Counted from the stretch's first letter, positions 39,249 to 48,476 are shown. The stretch: 64,000 bases of DNA from Candidatus Dojkabacteria bacterium (GCA_050943415.1 JBMNPD010000002.1:5036-69035), one strand, 5' to 3'. The notes: generated by a model not told the origin, from the sequence alone. Numbers and translations are program-made.

Positions 39249-39388
39249 AATTAAACCTCTTTCTTACTGAATGTACGATAATGTAATTATATCAAGCTTG
39301 TATACACTACTCAACACTATAAGACCACATACTCCTCCCCACCCATGATATAATAAAACATTAATATTAATTTAAAAATATTCAAACA

Positions 39389-40342
39389 ATGAAATACCTA
39401 ATCATAGACAAAAGACAAAGAGTAGAAGTTAAAACTATGGGTGAAATACCTACAGGTTCTGCAAGATTAGTTGAAGAATTAGAAAAAAGAAACATAGAAT
39501 GTGATTTCATATACAATGACCAACTCGAATTCATATACCAAGACCAAAAAACAACAATACTAGCTGGTGGCAACGACATTCTCACATATACCCACATCAT
39601 ATTCAGAGGCCATGCACTACACATAGACAAGGAATACCATTTCAAGAGATACATAATCGACCATATAGACGAATACAATTCCAAAAATCCAGACAAGAAG
39701 ATACTAGTGCAAAACTCAGAAGCAATCAAAAGATTCCCCTACTACAACAAAATAGAAATTGCTCAAATCTGTAACAAACACAACCTCCCATACTTCAACA
39801 CATACTACAGAACAGATGGAGAATATACACAAGAAAGAAACTACCTTAAACAATACCCACTCATCATAAAAGAGTATACAGGTGCAAACAGAGTAGAAAT
39901 GATAGATGGAGTTGAAAAAATCAAAAAGAATGTATTTAAACTAGAGAAAGACGAAGACTACAAACAAGAAGGATTAGATGGACAAGACCTAACCAACTTC
40001 TTTATCCAAGAATTCTCAGATGCAGGCGAAGACTACAGAATCTTCGTAAAGCTAGGAAAAGTAATAGCAGGATGGAAAAGAAAAGCTACCTCTGGATTTA
40101 TGACAGTAAGCAAAGGAGAGTATGAAATGTACAATGAGCCAAATGAAGAAATAAAAGAGATTGCTGAGAAAATGGCATCTGTTTTAGATGCAGACTTCAT
40201 GGCTGTAGACTTCATGTACATCCATGGTAAGCCACACATACAAGAGATAAGCTTCCATCCAGGATACAAAGCATACGAGACAAAGATAGAGGGTACTCCT
40301 GTGAACATCGCAGAAGCAATAATTACTGCGTTTAAGGAGTAA
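39389..40342 (+). CDS. RimK-like ATP-grasp ligase (317 aa)
   Basis: LIIKEYTGANRVEM. EDYRIFVKLGKVIAGWKRKATSGFMT is the ATP-grasp central/flexible-loop pattern (DYR..V.G.KV.A..KR). AVDFMYIHGKPHIQEI. Extended -10 promoter TGATATAAT at about 39346. The stop abuts the convergent DUF1704 gene. Confidence 0.65.
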   Translation: MKYLIIDKRQRVEVKTMGEIPTGSARLVEELEKRNIECDFIYNDQLEFIYQDQKTTILAGGNDILTYTHIIFRGHALHIDKEYHFKRYIIDHIDEYNSKNPDKKILVQNSEAIKRFPYYNKIEIAQICNKHNLPYFNTYYRTDGEYTQERNYLKQYPLIIKEYTGANRVEMIDGVEKIKKNVFKLEKDEDYKQEGLDGQDLTNFFIQEFSDAGEDYRIFVKLGKVIAGWKRKATSGFMTVSKGEYEMYNEPNEEIKEIAEKMASVLDADFMAVDFMYIHGKPHIQEISFHPGYKAYETKIEGTPVNIAEAIITAFKE

Positions 40343-41506
40343 TTAGAGACCTACCTTCTTAAATATACTTAACCACTCTTCCTTACTAGGAACATTGGTA
40401 GCCTTTGGAATAAGACCGTCCTCTACCCATTCACATTGCTTGAAAGTAATCTTTCCTGAGTAAAGCATATTGTACAACAAAGGATTCTTCTCTAATCTAG
40501 CAGACACCTTCTTAAAACCTCTAAAGTAAACAACATCCTTAGCATAGATACCTGGTTTTGAAGTGTCTGATAATCCTCTCTTCACCCTGTATGTAGTACT
40601 AAATGCAGAGAATTTCGGCAATATTGCATACAAACAGTTATACAACTCTCTAAACGTCATCTTTTGACCAACATATATAGCATATACAAGAGCAACCTTT
40701 TTTCTAAGCCAATTCTCTGTAAGAAGATCCATATTACTTTCATTCCACGTAGCAAGACCCTCCTCTACATCTAAATACTCTGGTAAAGTAGCATTACCAA
40801 GTGCGGGAAACCCACTATTAGAACCATTTACAGACCTTAACACATGCGTACCAACCTCATGAACAATGGTCTTTTTCAATTTCAACTTACTCCTAACAAT
40901 ATTTTTATCAACCAATATTTGCTTCCTTTTAATACCTACTTTTACACTATTCTTAGCAATATTCATAGATTCAGCAACCTCCCAATCATCAAGACCTAAT
41001 ATTGAAAACACCTTTCTAAAAACCTCTGAAATCTCATCATAACCTAACAATTCATCAGTATCAACTTTCTTGCTACTTTCTATAAGGTTGTAGTTACTAA
41101 CATTCCCCCGAAGTACTCTACATGAATTCCTAAACAACTTAGCAAAAGGCAAACCAAACCTAGCAGTAGAAATCTCTGTTACCAACTCATTATTTCCTAC
41201 AGCTTTTATTAATTCGTTAGCCTCCTTTTTTGAAGCTATGAGGTCAATATAGAAAGAAGAAATCCTAGGATCAACATCAGAAATTTCCTCCACAGTAGAG
41301 AGAAACTTCAGTATTTTATCATTCTTGTTAGCAACACCCCTATATTTGAACACAGGATTATATGTATCTGAATCAAAAAATTTCTTCTTCTCCTCCTCAA
41401 GATTAATTGGGGTAAAAACTAAAGCTGTTGGAAGTCTTAACTGATCTAAGAAAGTTGTTACTTCATCAAGCTTCATCTGCTTTTTCTTTTTATCAAAAAT
41501 CCCCAT
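40343..41506 (-). CDS. DUF1704 (QEGLA-motif, flavohemoglobin expression-modulating family; MATCAP-like zinc carboxypeptidase fold)
   Basis: HEVGTHVLRSVNG is a putative HExx(x)H zinc site. EEGLATW is a variant of the family-defining QEGLA motif. 387 aa, typical for this family. Confidence 0.65.
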   Translation of the reverse strand: MGIFDKKKKQMKLDEVTTFLDQLRLPTALVFTPINLEEEKKKFFDSDTYNPVFKYRGVANKNDKILKFLSTVEEISDVDPRISSFYIDLIASKKEANELIKAVGNNELVTEISTARFGLPFAKLFRNSCRVLRGNVSNYNLIESSKKVDTDELLGYDEISEVFRKVFSILGLDDWEVAESMNIAKNSVKVGIKRKQILVDKNIVRSKLKLKKTIVHEVGTHVLRSVNGSNSGFPALGNATLPEYLDVEEGLATWNESNMDLLTENWLRKKVALVYAIYVGQKMTFRELYNCLYAILPKFSAFSTTYRVKRGLSDTSKPGIYAKDVVYFRGFKKVSARLEKNPLLYNMLYSGKITFKQCEWVEDGLIPKATNVPSKEEWLSIFKKVGL

Positions 41507-41525
41507 ATTTACTATAGCGCTAAAA

Positions 41526-42545
41526 TTATCTCCTAAAATCTCGGTTAAAGGTAAAACTCCTCTCTCCAGTAGCTATCAATTCCAAAGCTATACCTGTACC
41601 CTTAACAACACAGTATATCGGTTCATCGGCAACATGTGAAGGAACGCCTGTAGCCCTAGAGAACAACTTGTCCAAATTCCTCAACTTAGATGTACCACCA
41701 CTCATCACCATTCCTCTGTCTATGATATCAGCAGAAAGCTCAGGCGGAGTCTTCTCCAAAACATTCTTAATACTTCGAATAATTGACTTCAAAGGAAAAT
41801 CAATAGCCTTAGCCACATCATTAGAATTAACAACAATCGACTTCGGCATACCTGCACCAACATCTCTACCCCTTACCTCCATCTCTGCAGGATCTTTAAC
41901 CTCAACTGCAGACCCTATCTTTATCTTAATACTCTCTGCAGTCTGCTCTCCAATCATAAGTCCTTTTTTCTTCCTCATGTATGAAATGATATATTCATTA
42001 AGAGAATCTCCTGCTACTCTTAGCGACTCATACTCCACTATTCCATCAAGAGACATAACAGCAATCTCTGCAGTACCACCTCCCATATTCACAATCATAT
42101 TACCAGAGGAAGTATGAATAGGAAGCTGTGCACCTAAAGCTGCAAGAAGAGGCTCTGGCAAAAGCGTAATACTCTTTGCACCAACAGAGTTAGCTGCTTT
42201 CAAAACAGCTCTCTCCTCCACAGATGTAATACCTGCAGGAACACTAATAACAACATCAGGCTTAAAGAACCTAGATTTACCAAGTGCTTTGTCAAAGAAA
42301 TACCTAAGCAATGCCTCTGTTACCCTAGAATCAGCTATAACTCCACTTCTCAAAGGCCTCTTTGCAACAATATTATCGGGAGTCTTGCCAATCATCTCCT
42401 TTGCTTCCTTACCAACAGCTATGACTGTAAAAGTATTAACATCAATAGCAACAACAGTTGGCTCTGTGAGAACAATACCCTCCCCCTGTACAAAAACTAC
42501 AGAGTTTGCAGTACCTAAATCTATACCCAGTTTTTTTCCAATCAT
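41526..42545 (-). CDS. second MreB/Mbl-like actin-family ATPase (orphan paralog)
   Basis: LGIDLGTANSVVF...PTVVAIDV. NMGGGTAEIAV. 339 aa. Diverged from the mreB at 10823. Confidence 0.8.
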   Translation of the reverse strand: MIGKKLGIDLGTANSVVFVQGEGIVLTEPTVVAIDVNTFTVIAVGKEAKEMIGKTPDNIVAKRPLRSGVIADSRVTEALLRYFFDKALGKSRFFKPDVVISVPAGITSVEERAVLKAANSVGAKSITLLPEPLLAALGAQLPIHTSSGNMIVNMGGGTAEIAVMSLDGIVEYESLRVAGDSLNEYIISYMRKKKGLMIGEQTAESIKIKIGSAVEVKDPAEMEVRGRDVGAGMPKSIVVNSNDVAKAIDFPLKSIIRSIKNVLEKTPPELSADIIDRGMVMSGGTSKLRNLDKLFSRATGVPSHVADEPIYCVVKGTGIALELIATGERSFTFNRDFRR

Positions 42546-42575
42546 CAGAAAATTTCAACTACAAGTTAGCTACAT

Positions 42576-43589
42576 TTATTTAAACTTCAACAACATTGCT
42601 TCTTTCATCAAATCAACAGTTTCCTTAGCAATATCTGAAACCCTCTTACTGCCTTCTAAAGCTCTTTCTAACAATTCATCTTTCATACTTTCCGCTTCTA
42701 TCCTTCTATTCCTAATCGGAGTTAAAGTCTCATTCATCACCTCAAACAACCTCTCCTTTACCTCAACATCCTTAATCTTCCCCTCTCTATACCTCTTCTT
42801 CATATCCTCAACCTCTTCCTTGTCTTCATTAAAATAATCATGATAGACAAAAGCCACATTACCCTCTACCTTACCTGGATCTGTAGCATGAATTCTATTT
42901 GGATCTGTGTACACCTTAAACACCTTCTTCCTCAACTCCTCCTCACTATCGGATAGATATATACCGTTATTCAAACTCTTACCCATCTTCTCTGCACCAT
43001 CAATTCCAGGAATATTAATCTTCGATCCAATCAAAACCTCTGGATAATGGAAAAAATCAACACCGTATGTAGCATTAAACTTCTTTACAATCTCTCTAGT
43101 ATCTTCAACCATAGGACTCTGATCCTTACCTGCAGGCACCAAATCAGCATTAACAGAAAGAATATCAGCTGCTTGATGCACAGGATACAAGAAAAACCCT
43201 AAAGGAGTAGATTTAGTATAGCCTTTCTGTGCCATCTCAGTCTTAATCGTCGGATTATGCTGAACTTTCTGAACAGTTGTAAAGTTTGCAAGATATATGA
43301 ATATTTCATGAATCTCAGGAACCTCACTCTGTATGAAAACGGTACTCTTTTCAAAATCAATACCCGAGGCATAATAATCACAAAGAAGCTCTAATACACT
43401 CTCTCTAACCTTACCAGGATTATCAAAATTATCAGCAATAGCTTGAACATTCGCAATCTCTATAAAACTCTCATATTCATCAGCAAGCTTAACCCTATTT
43501 TGTATAGAACCAATCAAATGACCAATATGCAATTTACCACTAGGCCTATCTCCAGTCAGTATTCTTTTCCTTTCTTTAATATTTTCCAT
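42576..43589 (-). CDS. trpS: tryptophanyl-tRNA synthetase
   Basis: TGDRPSGKLHIGHLIGS HIGH motif. KMGKS motif. About 337 aa, the class Ic TrpS size. Confidence 0.85.
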   Translation of the reverse strand: MENIKERKRILTGDRPSGKLHIGHLIGSIQNRVKLADEYESFIEIANVQAIADNFDNPGKVRESVLELLCDYYASGIDFEKSTVFIQSEVPEIHEIFIYLANFTTVQKVQHNPTIKTEMAQKGYTKSTPLGFFLYPVHQAADILSVNADLVPAGKDQSPMVEDTREIVKKFNATYGVDFFHYPEVLIGSKINIPGIDGAEKMGKSLNNGIYLSDSEEELRKKVFKVYTDPNRIHATDPGKVEGNVAFVYHDYFNEDKEEVEDMKKRYREGKIKDVEVKERLFEVMNETLTPIRNRRIEAESMKDELLERALEGSKRVSDIAKETVDLMKEAMLLKFK

Positions 43590-43666
43590 ATACCATATTT
43601 TAACAACTAATCAGCTATTATGCTATACTCAATAACACTTAATTTTGTCTGTAGAATACTGTCATT

Positions 43667-45184
43667 ATGAAAAAGAAACAAAAGAAATATTTAGGCATAG
43701 CACTAAAAGTTGGCATATACCTCTTCATTATTCTGTTCACAGTACTCATATACTATTTTGCAAAAGGATACAGAATTAATCTAAACGACCAACAAATTAC
43801 TAAAACTGGAGTACTTAATATCAAAGCAGACCCATTCTGGTCCGATATATATATAGATGGGAAAAAAGATGGAAGATCACCAAAAAGCAAAAGTTTAGAT
43901 ATCGGGGTATATAACGTAGATATTAAAAAAGACGGATACAAAACATGGACAAAACGAGTTGAAATATTTGATGAGAAATCAACAATTGTAAGACCGTGGC
44001 TTATGTTGGAAGAACCAAAAACAGCAACTGTATGGAATTCTGAACAATTATTTGAAAAAATATGGACAAATAGATCTTCTCAATTAGCCGTAATACAACT
44101 AAAAGATTCTAACGAACAATCAACACTTTGGGCTTACAGAACAACTACCCCATTCCTAAGCTTCTCAAACAACTTAGTAAAACTACTAACCACAGATGCT
44201 GAAATAGTTGATTTAAAACTCTCACCAGATGGGAACAAAGCCTTAATTACACTAAAAGACAAGTTAGAAGAAAAAACATACCTACTAGACACATCCTCAC
44301 CCGTAAAACTTGATTCCACTCATGAAATAGACCTTAGGAACTACAATAATTACAAAATATCTTGGGCTGAAGATAATGACAAACTCATATTAGATTCGGA
44401 AACAGATATAGTTGCATACGATACAACAAGGAAGACATTCACAATATTGCAAAAAAAAGATAATGGAGACAAGTACATCTGGACTACTGATACAGCAGGA
44501 TACTTCTACTTAGTTCGCAAAGAAGATGATAAAAATACTGAAGTTAATAAATATTCGATACAACAATCTAAATTAGACGGCTCAAACCTTTTGAAAATTT
44601 TACCCGAGATATATTTTCAGAAAGACAACAGCTACATAGAGTACTACAGAACTAATGAATACACATGTGTACCATGTACAAATTCTCCAGAAAACACTAA
44701 AACTGTTGGTGAAATAACAGAGATTTCAATTGCACCAAAAGCTACAGGTATATTCATTAAAACTACAGATGCATCATACTGGTACAATACTTTAACAAAG
44801 ACATACTTCCTTGTTTCTGCATATCCATCTGAAATACTAGAATACTCCTACGACAACAACAAGTTTATCTACAAAAATGAATTTGGCTACTTTACATTCA
44901 CCTTGTTAGAAGATGCAGCAAATCCTGTAGAACAACTAGGAAGGAAGATGATTAAAGAGGTATCTTCTCCCGACATGATTCACTGGACAAATGATTCTGA
45001 GTCAATATTTTATCTTGAAGAGAGTAAGGTTTATGTAGCTGACAACGACGGAGAAAACAAAACTCAAATAGTTTTTTCAAATAATCTAAAAGGTGTTCTT
45101 TTAGGAACTGTTAAAGAGGATATATATTTATTAGAAACTGACAATAAAGGAGTTTTCTCGATTACCAAATATACGGTTAATTAG
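43667..45184 (+). CDS. membrane-anchored PEGA-domain protein with beta-rich extracytoplasmic region
   Basis: N-terminal TM helix. PEGA-like segment NIKADPFWSDIYIDGKKDGRSP...LDIGVYNVDIKKDGYKTWTKRVEI. Confidence 0.6.
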   Translation: MKKKQKKYLGIALKVGIYLFIILFTVLIYYFAKGYRINLNDQQITKTGVLNIKADPFWSDIYIDGKKDGRSPKSKSLDIGVYNVDIKKDGYKTWTKRVEIFDEKSTIVRPWLMLEEPKTATVWNSEQLFEKIWTNRSSQLAVIQLKDSNEQSTLWAYRTTTPFLSFSNNLVKLLTTDAEIVDLKLSPDGNKALITLKDKLEEKTYLLDTSSPVKLDSTHEIDLRNYNNYKISWAEDNDKLILDSETDIVAYDTTRKTFTILQKKDNGDKYIWTTDTAGYFYLVRKEDDKNTEVNKYSIQQSKLDGSNLLKILPEIYFQKDNSYIEYYRTNEYTCVPCTNSPENTKTVGEITEISIAPKATGIFIKTTDASYWYNTLTKTYFLVSAYPSEILEYSYDNNKFIYKNEFGYFTFTLLEDAANPVEQLGRKMIKEVSSPDMIHWTNDSESIFYLEESKVYVADNDGENKTQIVFSNNLKGVLLGTVKEDIYLLETDNKGVFSITKYTVN

Positions 45185-45210
45185 CTAATGCTAATTAATA
45201 AGATGATACA

Positions 45211-45284
45211 CACACCCGGTCGGAATCGAACCAACAACCTACGCGTTAGGAGTGCGTTGCTCTATCCAATTGAGCTACGGGTGC
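45211..45284 (-). tRNA. tRNA-Arg (anticodon CCU)
   Basis: Reverse complement GCACCCGTAGCTCAATTGGATAGAGCAACGCACTCCTAACGCGTAGGTTGTTGGTTCGATTCCGACCGGGTGTG. Arg-type D-arm. Anticodon loop CTCCTAA. Confidence 0.8.
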
Positions 45285-45590
45285 ATTTCTAGGATTATAC
45301 CTTAAACAACCTTTAAGGTAAACGAATACTCTTTCACAGTAATGATTAGTTGCAACTTTTTAACAAATATTTAAGATTATATAGGTCAAATATTCTCAAA
45401 ATAGGTAGGGTATTACTGATGTTCAGATTTAATCCACATTCATATATTAACAGCCTTATTTTGTGGATAGTGCTCGAGATAAGGTAAACAATGAATAAAC
45501 TGTCTCATAGTATCTTAAATATTTATTAAAAACCTCCTGTTTATCCTTATCCATATTTAACTTCTAGCTATCCTTAAGGTATAATTAAAC
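45285..45590. repeat. ~300-bp nested-inverted-repeat (MITE-like) element, copy 1
   Basis: Outer IR ATTATACCTTAA...TTAAGGTATAAT together with CCTTTAAGG/CCTTAAGG. Inner IR AAATATTTAAGAT...ATCTTAAATATTT. Homologous to 53610..53914. Confidence 0.6.
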
Positions 45591-48476
45591 ATGGAATACA
45601 TTAAGATTCGTGGTGCTAACGAGAACAATTTAAAAAATGTAGATATAGATATACCGAAGAACAAATTCGTGGTATTCACAGGTGTTTCGGGTTGTGGAAA
45701 ATCCTCCCTAGCATTTGACACAATATATGCAGAAGGACAAAGAAGGTATGTTGAATCAATCTCTTCTTATGCTCGTCAGTTTTTGGGAGTGATGAAAAAG
45801 CCAAAAGTAGAGTCCATAACTGGTCTCTCCCCTGCTATTTCAATCGATCAAAAGACTGTAAATGTAAATCCTCGTTCTACTGTTGGCACTATAACTGAAA
45901 TATACAACTATCTTAGATTGCTCTACGGAAATGTTGGTCAAGCTTACTGTCCTAAATGCCAGATTCCAATTCAATCTCAAACAATACAGGAGATTTCACA
46001 AAAGGTACTCAAAATTTTACGAGGTACAGATCAAACAATACAAATCATCTCCCCTATTGTAAAAGGTAGGAAAGGACAATTCAAAACGTTACTATCAAAA
46101 CTTTTAGAGAAGGGGTTCTTAAGAGTGTTAATTGATGGAGATCTATACTTTCTTGATGATTTAGATTCAATAGATTTAGATGAAAACAAGAAGCACTCTG
46201 TAGATTTGGTTGTAGACAGACTTACTAGTAAGGATATGGATAGTAAGGAGTTTAGGAAGAGGCTCATAGATGCGATTGAGTTAGCCACTTTTCACTCAGA
46301 TGGTGAGGTTAAGATTCTCACAGAGAAGGAGGAGTTGTTTTTTTCCGAAAACAACACATGTACGGAATGTGGTACATCGTATCCAAAGATTTCTTCCGCA
46401 TCTTTTTCTTTTAATGCTCCAGAAGGTGCTTGTGTTAATTGTGCTGGTTTGGGTTTTCTTAATCAGATAGATATTAATTCAATATATAATCCTAAGTTAA
46501 CAATTAAGGAAGGTGGTATATTTCCTTGGGGTAATAGAATAGTAAAGGATAGTTGGACTACAAGAGTGTTGGAAGAGGTTGCCAGAGTTCATAATTTTTC
46601 TCTCACCGTTCCTATTCAAGAGTATCCACAAGAGGTTTTTGACCTCATATTTTATGGTAAGAATGCTAAGGAGTACTATGTGATTGAGTATACAAATAGG
46701 TTTGGAGTTACAAATATTCATCATGCTCAGTATGAGGGTGTTGTTCCTGAGTTGAACAGAAGGTACAAGGAAACGACTTCAGAATATTCTAGATATGAGA
46801 TCGAGAAGTATATGCGAGAAACTGTTTGTCCTGTATGTGAGGGAAAGAGGTTGAAGCCTTACTCTCTTGCTGTAAGGATTGACGGAAAGAATATTGAGGA
46901 GGTTACTAATATGCCGATTGTTGAATTGGAGAAGTATTTTAGCAATCTTAAATTAAAAGGTAACAAAGCTGAAATAGCTAAGCCTATTCTGAAAGAGATA
47001 AATGTTCGTTTGCAATTTTTGTTGAATTTAGGATTAGGGTATTTAACTTTGGCTAGAAAAGCCAATACTCTTTCAGGTGGAGAATCTCAGAGGATTCGTC
47101 TTGCTTCTCAGATAGGTACTGGTCTGTCCGGAGTTGTGTATGTATTAGATGAGCCTTCTGTTGGTCTTCATGCTAGAGATGTTTCGAAGTTAACAGATTC
47201 ATTAAAAGAGTTGAGAGATAGTGGAAATACTGTTTTGGTTGTAGAGCATGACTTCGAGACTATGAGCCAAGCTGATTGGATTATAGATATTGGACCAAAA
47301 GCAGGTAAGCATGGTGGCGAAATCATTGCTCAGGGGACATATGAGGATATTAAGCACTTGAGTACGTTGACTGCAAAGTATTTAAACAATTCACTTATAA
47401 TAGGCTCTAATTTGAAAAGAAGTAAAAAGAAAGATCCTAAAAAGTCTATAAATCTTTACTCTGTTTCTACCAATAATTTAAAGAACATAGATGTGGAATT
47501 CCCTCTATCAAAGCTTATTGCAATAACTGGAGTTTCTGGCAGTGGTAAATCATCTTTGATAGCAAATACATTAGTTCCTGTTCTTATGAACAAAATTATG
47601 AATGCAAAGCAGGTTGAGGGAATATATAAAGATGTATCTGGCATTGAGAATATTAATAAAGTTATTAACATAGACCAGTCCCCTATAGGCCGTACTCCAC
47701 GATCCAATCCAGCAACATATACAGGTCTATTCACTCTCATTCGAGATGTCTTCGCTTCCACAAATGAAGCAAAAGCAAGGGGCTATAATTCTGGTAGATT
47801 TAGTTTCAATGTCAAAGGTGGTCGATGTGAAAAATGTAAGGGAGATGGTCAGATAAAAATTGAAATGCAATTTTTACCTGATGTGTATATCACATGTGAT
47901 GAGTGTCATGGGTCTAGATATAATAATGAGGCCTTACAGATTGATTTTAAGGGAAAAAATATCGCAGATGTACTAAAAATGACTGTTGATGAAGCAATTC
48001 CTTTCTTTAAAAATAATATGGCTATATCAAAAAAGCTTGATACACTAAGCAAAGTTGGGTTAGGATATATAGAGCTTGGTCAATCTTCACTTACCCTCTC
48101 AGGTGGAGAATCTCAACGAGTAAAATTAGCAAAAGAGTTGTCGAGGATCTCGACTGGTCATACTTTGTACATTTTAGACGAGCCAACTACAGGACTCCAC
48201 TATTACGATGTAGATAATTTGCTGTCAATTTTGCGTGAACTTGTTTCTAAGGGCAACACTGTCATAGTTGTCGAACATCACTTAGATGTAATTAAAAATT
48301 CTGATTGGGTTATTGACTTAGGTCCTGAAGGTGGAGATGCTGGAGGGTATATTGTCGCTCAGGGTACAGTTGAAGATATTATGAAATGCAAGGAGAGTTA
48401 TACTGGTCAATTTTTGAAAAGATATATTAAAAAGTTGGAAAAACCCTCGGTGAAACAAACAGCCAAAATTAGATAA
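45591..48476 (+). CDS. uvrA: excinuclease ABC subunit A
   Basis: Two ABC modules (GVSGCGKSSL; GVSGSGKSSL). LSGGESQR signatures twice. Zn-finger CxxC pairs. 961 aa. Confidence 0.92.
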   Translation: MEYIKIRGANENNLKNVDIDIPKNKFVVFTGVSGCGKSSLAFDTIYAEGQRRYVESISSYARQFLGVMKKPKVESITGLSPAISIDQKTVNVNPRSTVGTITEIYNYLRLLYGNVGQAYCPKCQIPIQSQTIQEISQKVLKILRGTDQTIQIISPIVKGRKGQFKTLLSKLLEKGFLRVLIDGDLYFLDDLDSIDLDENKKHSVDLVVDRLTSKDMDSKEFRKRLIDAIELATFHSDGEVKILTEKEELFFSENNTCTECGTSYPKISSASFSFNAPEGACVNCAGLGFLNQIDINSIYNPKLTIKEGGIFPWGNRIVKDSWTTRVLEEVARVHNFSLTVPIQEYPQEVFDLIFYGKNAKEYYVIEYTNRFGVTNIHHAQYEGVVPELNRRYKETTSEYSRYEIEKYMRETVCPVCEGKRLKPYSLAVRIDGKNIEEVTNMPIVELEKYFSNLKLKGNKAEIAKPILKEINVRLQFLLNLGLGYLTLARKANTLSGGESQRIRLASQIGTGLSGVVYVLDEPSVGLHARDVSKLTDSLKELRDSGNTVLVVEHDFETMSQADWIIDIGPKAGKHGGEIIAQGTYEDIKHLSTLTAKYLNNSLIIGSNLKRSKKKDPKKSINLYSVSTNNLKNIDVEFPLSKLIAITGVSGSGKSSLIANTLVPVLMNKIMNAKQVEGIYKDVSGIENINKVINIDQSPIGRTPRSNPATYTGLFTLIRDVFASTNEAKARGYNSGRFSFNVKGGRCEKCKGDGQIKIEMQFLPDVYITCDECHGSRYNNEALQIDFKGKNIADVLKMTVDEAIPFFKNNMAISKKLDTLSKVGLGYIELGQSSLTLSGGESQRVKLAKELSRISTGHTLYILDEPTTGLHYYDVDNLLSILRELVSKGNTVIVVEHHLDVIKNSDWVIDLGPEGGDAGGYIVAQGTVEDIMKCKESYTGQFLKRYIKKLEKPSVKQTAKIR

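Noticed and set aside
39382-39729. 115-aa minus-strand ORF overlapping the start of the RimK-like ATP-grasp gene
   Set aside because: It is antisense to a well-supported gene. The real minus-strand gene here is the 53-aa ORF at 39087..39248, which has its own promoter and RBS.
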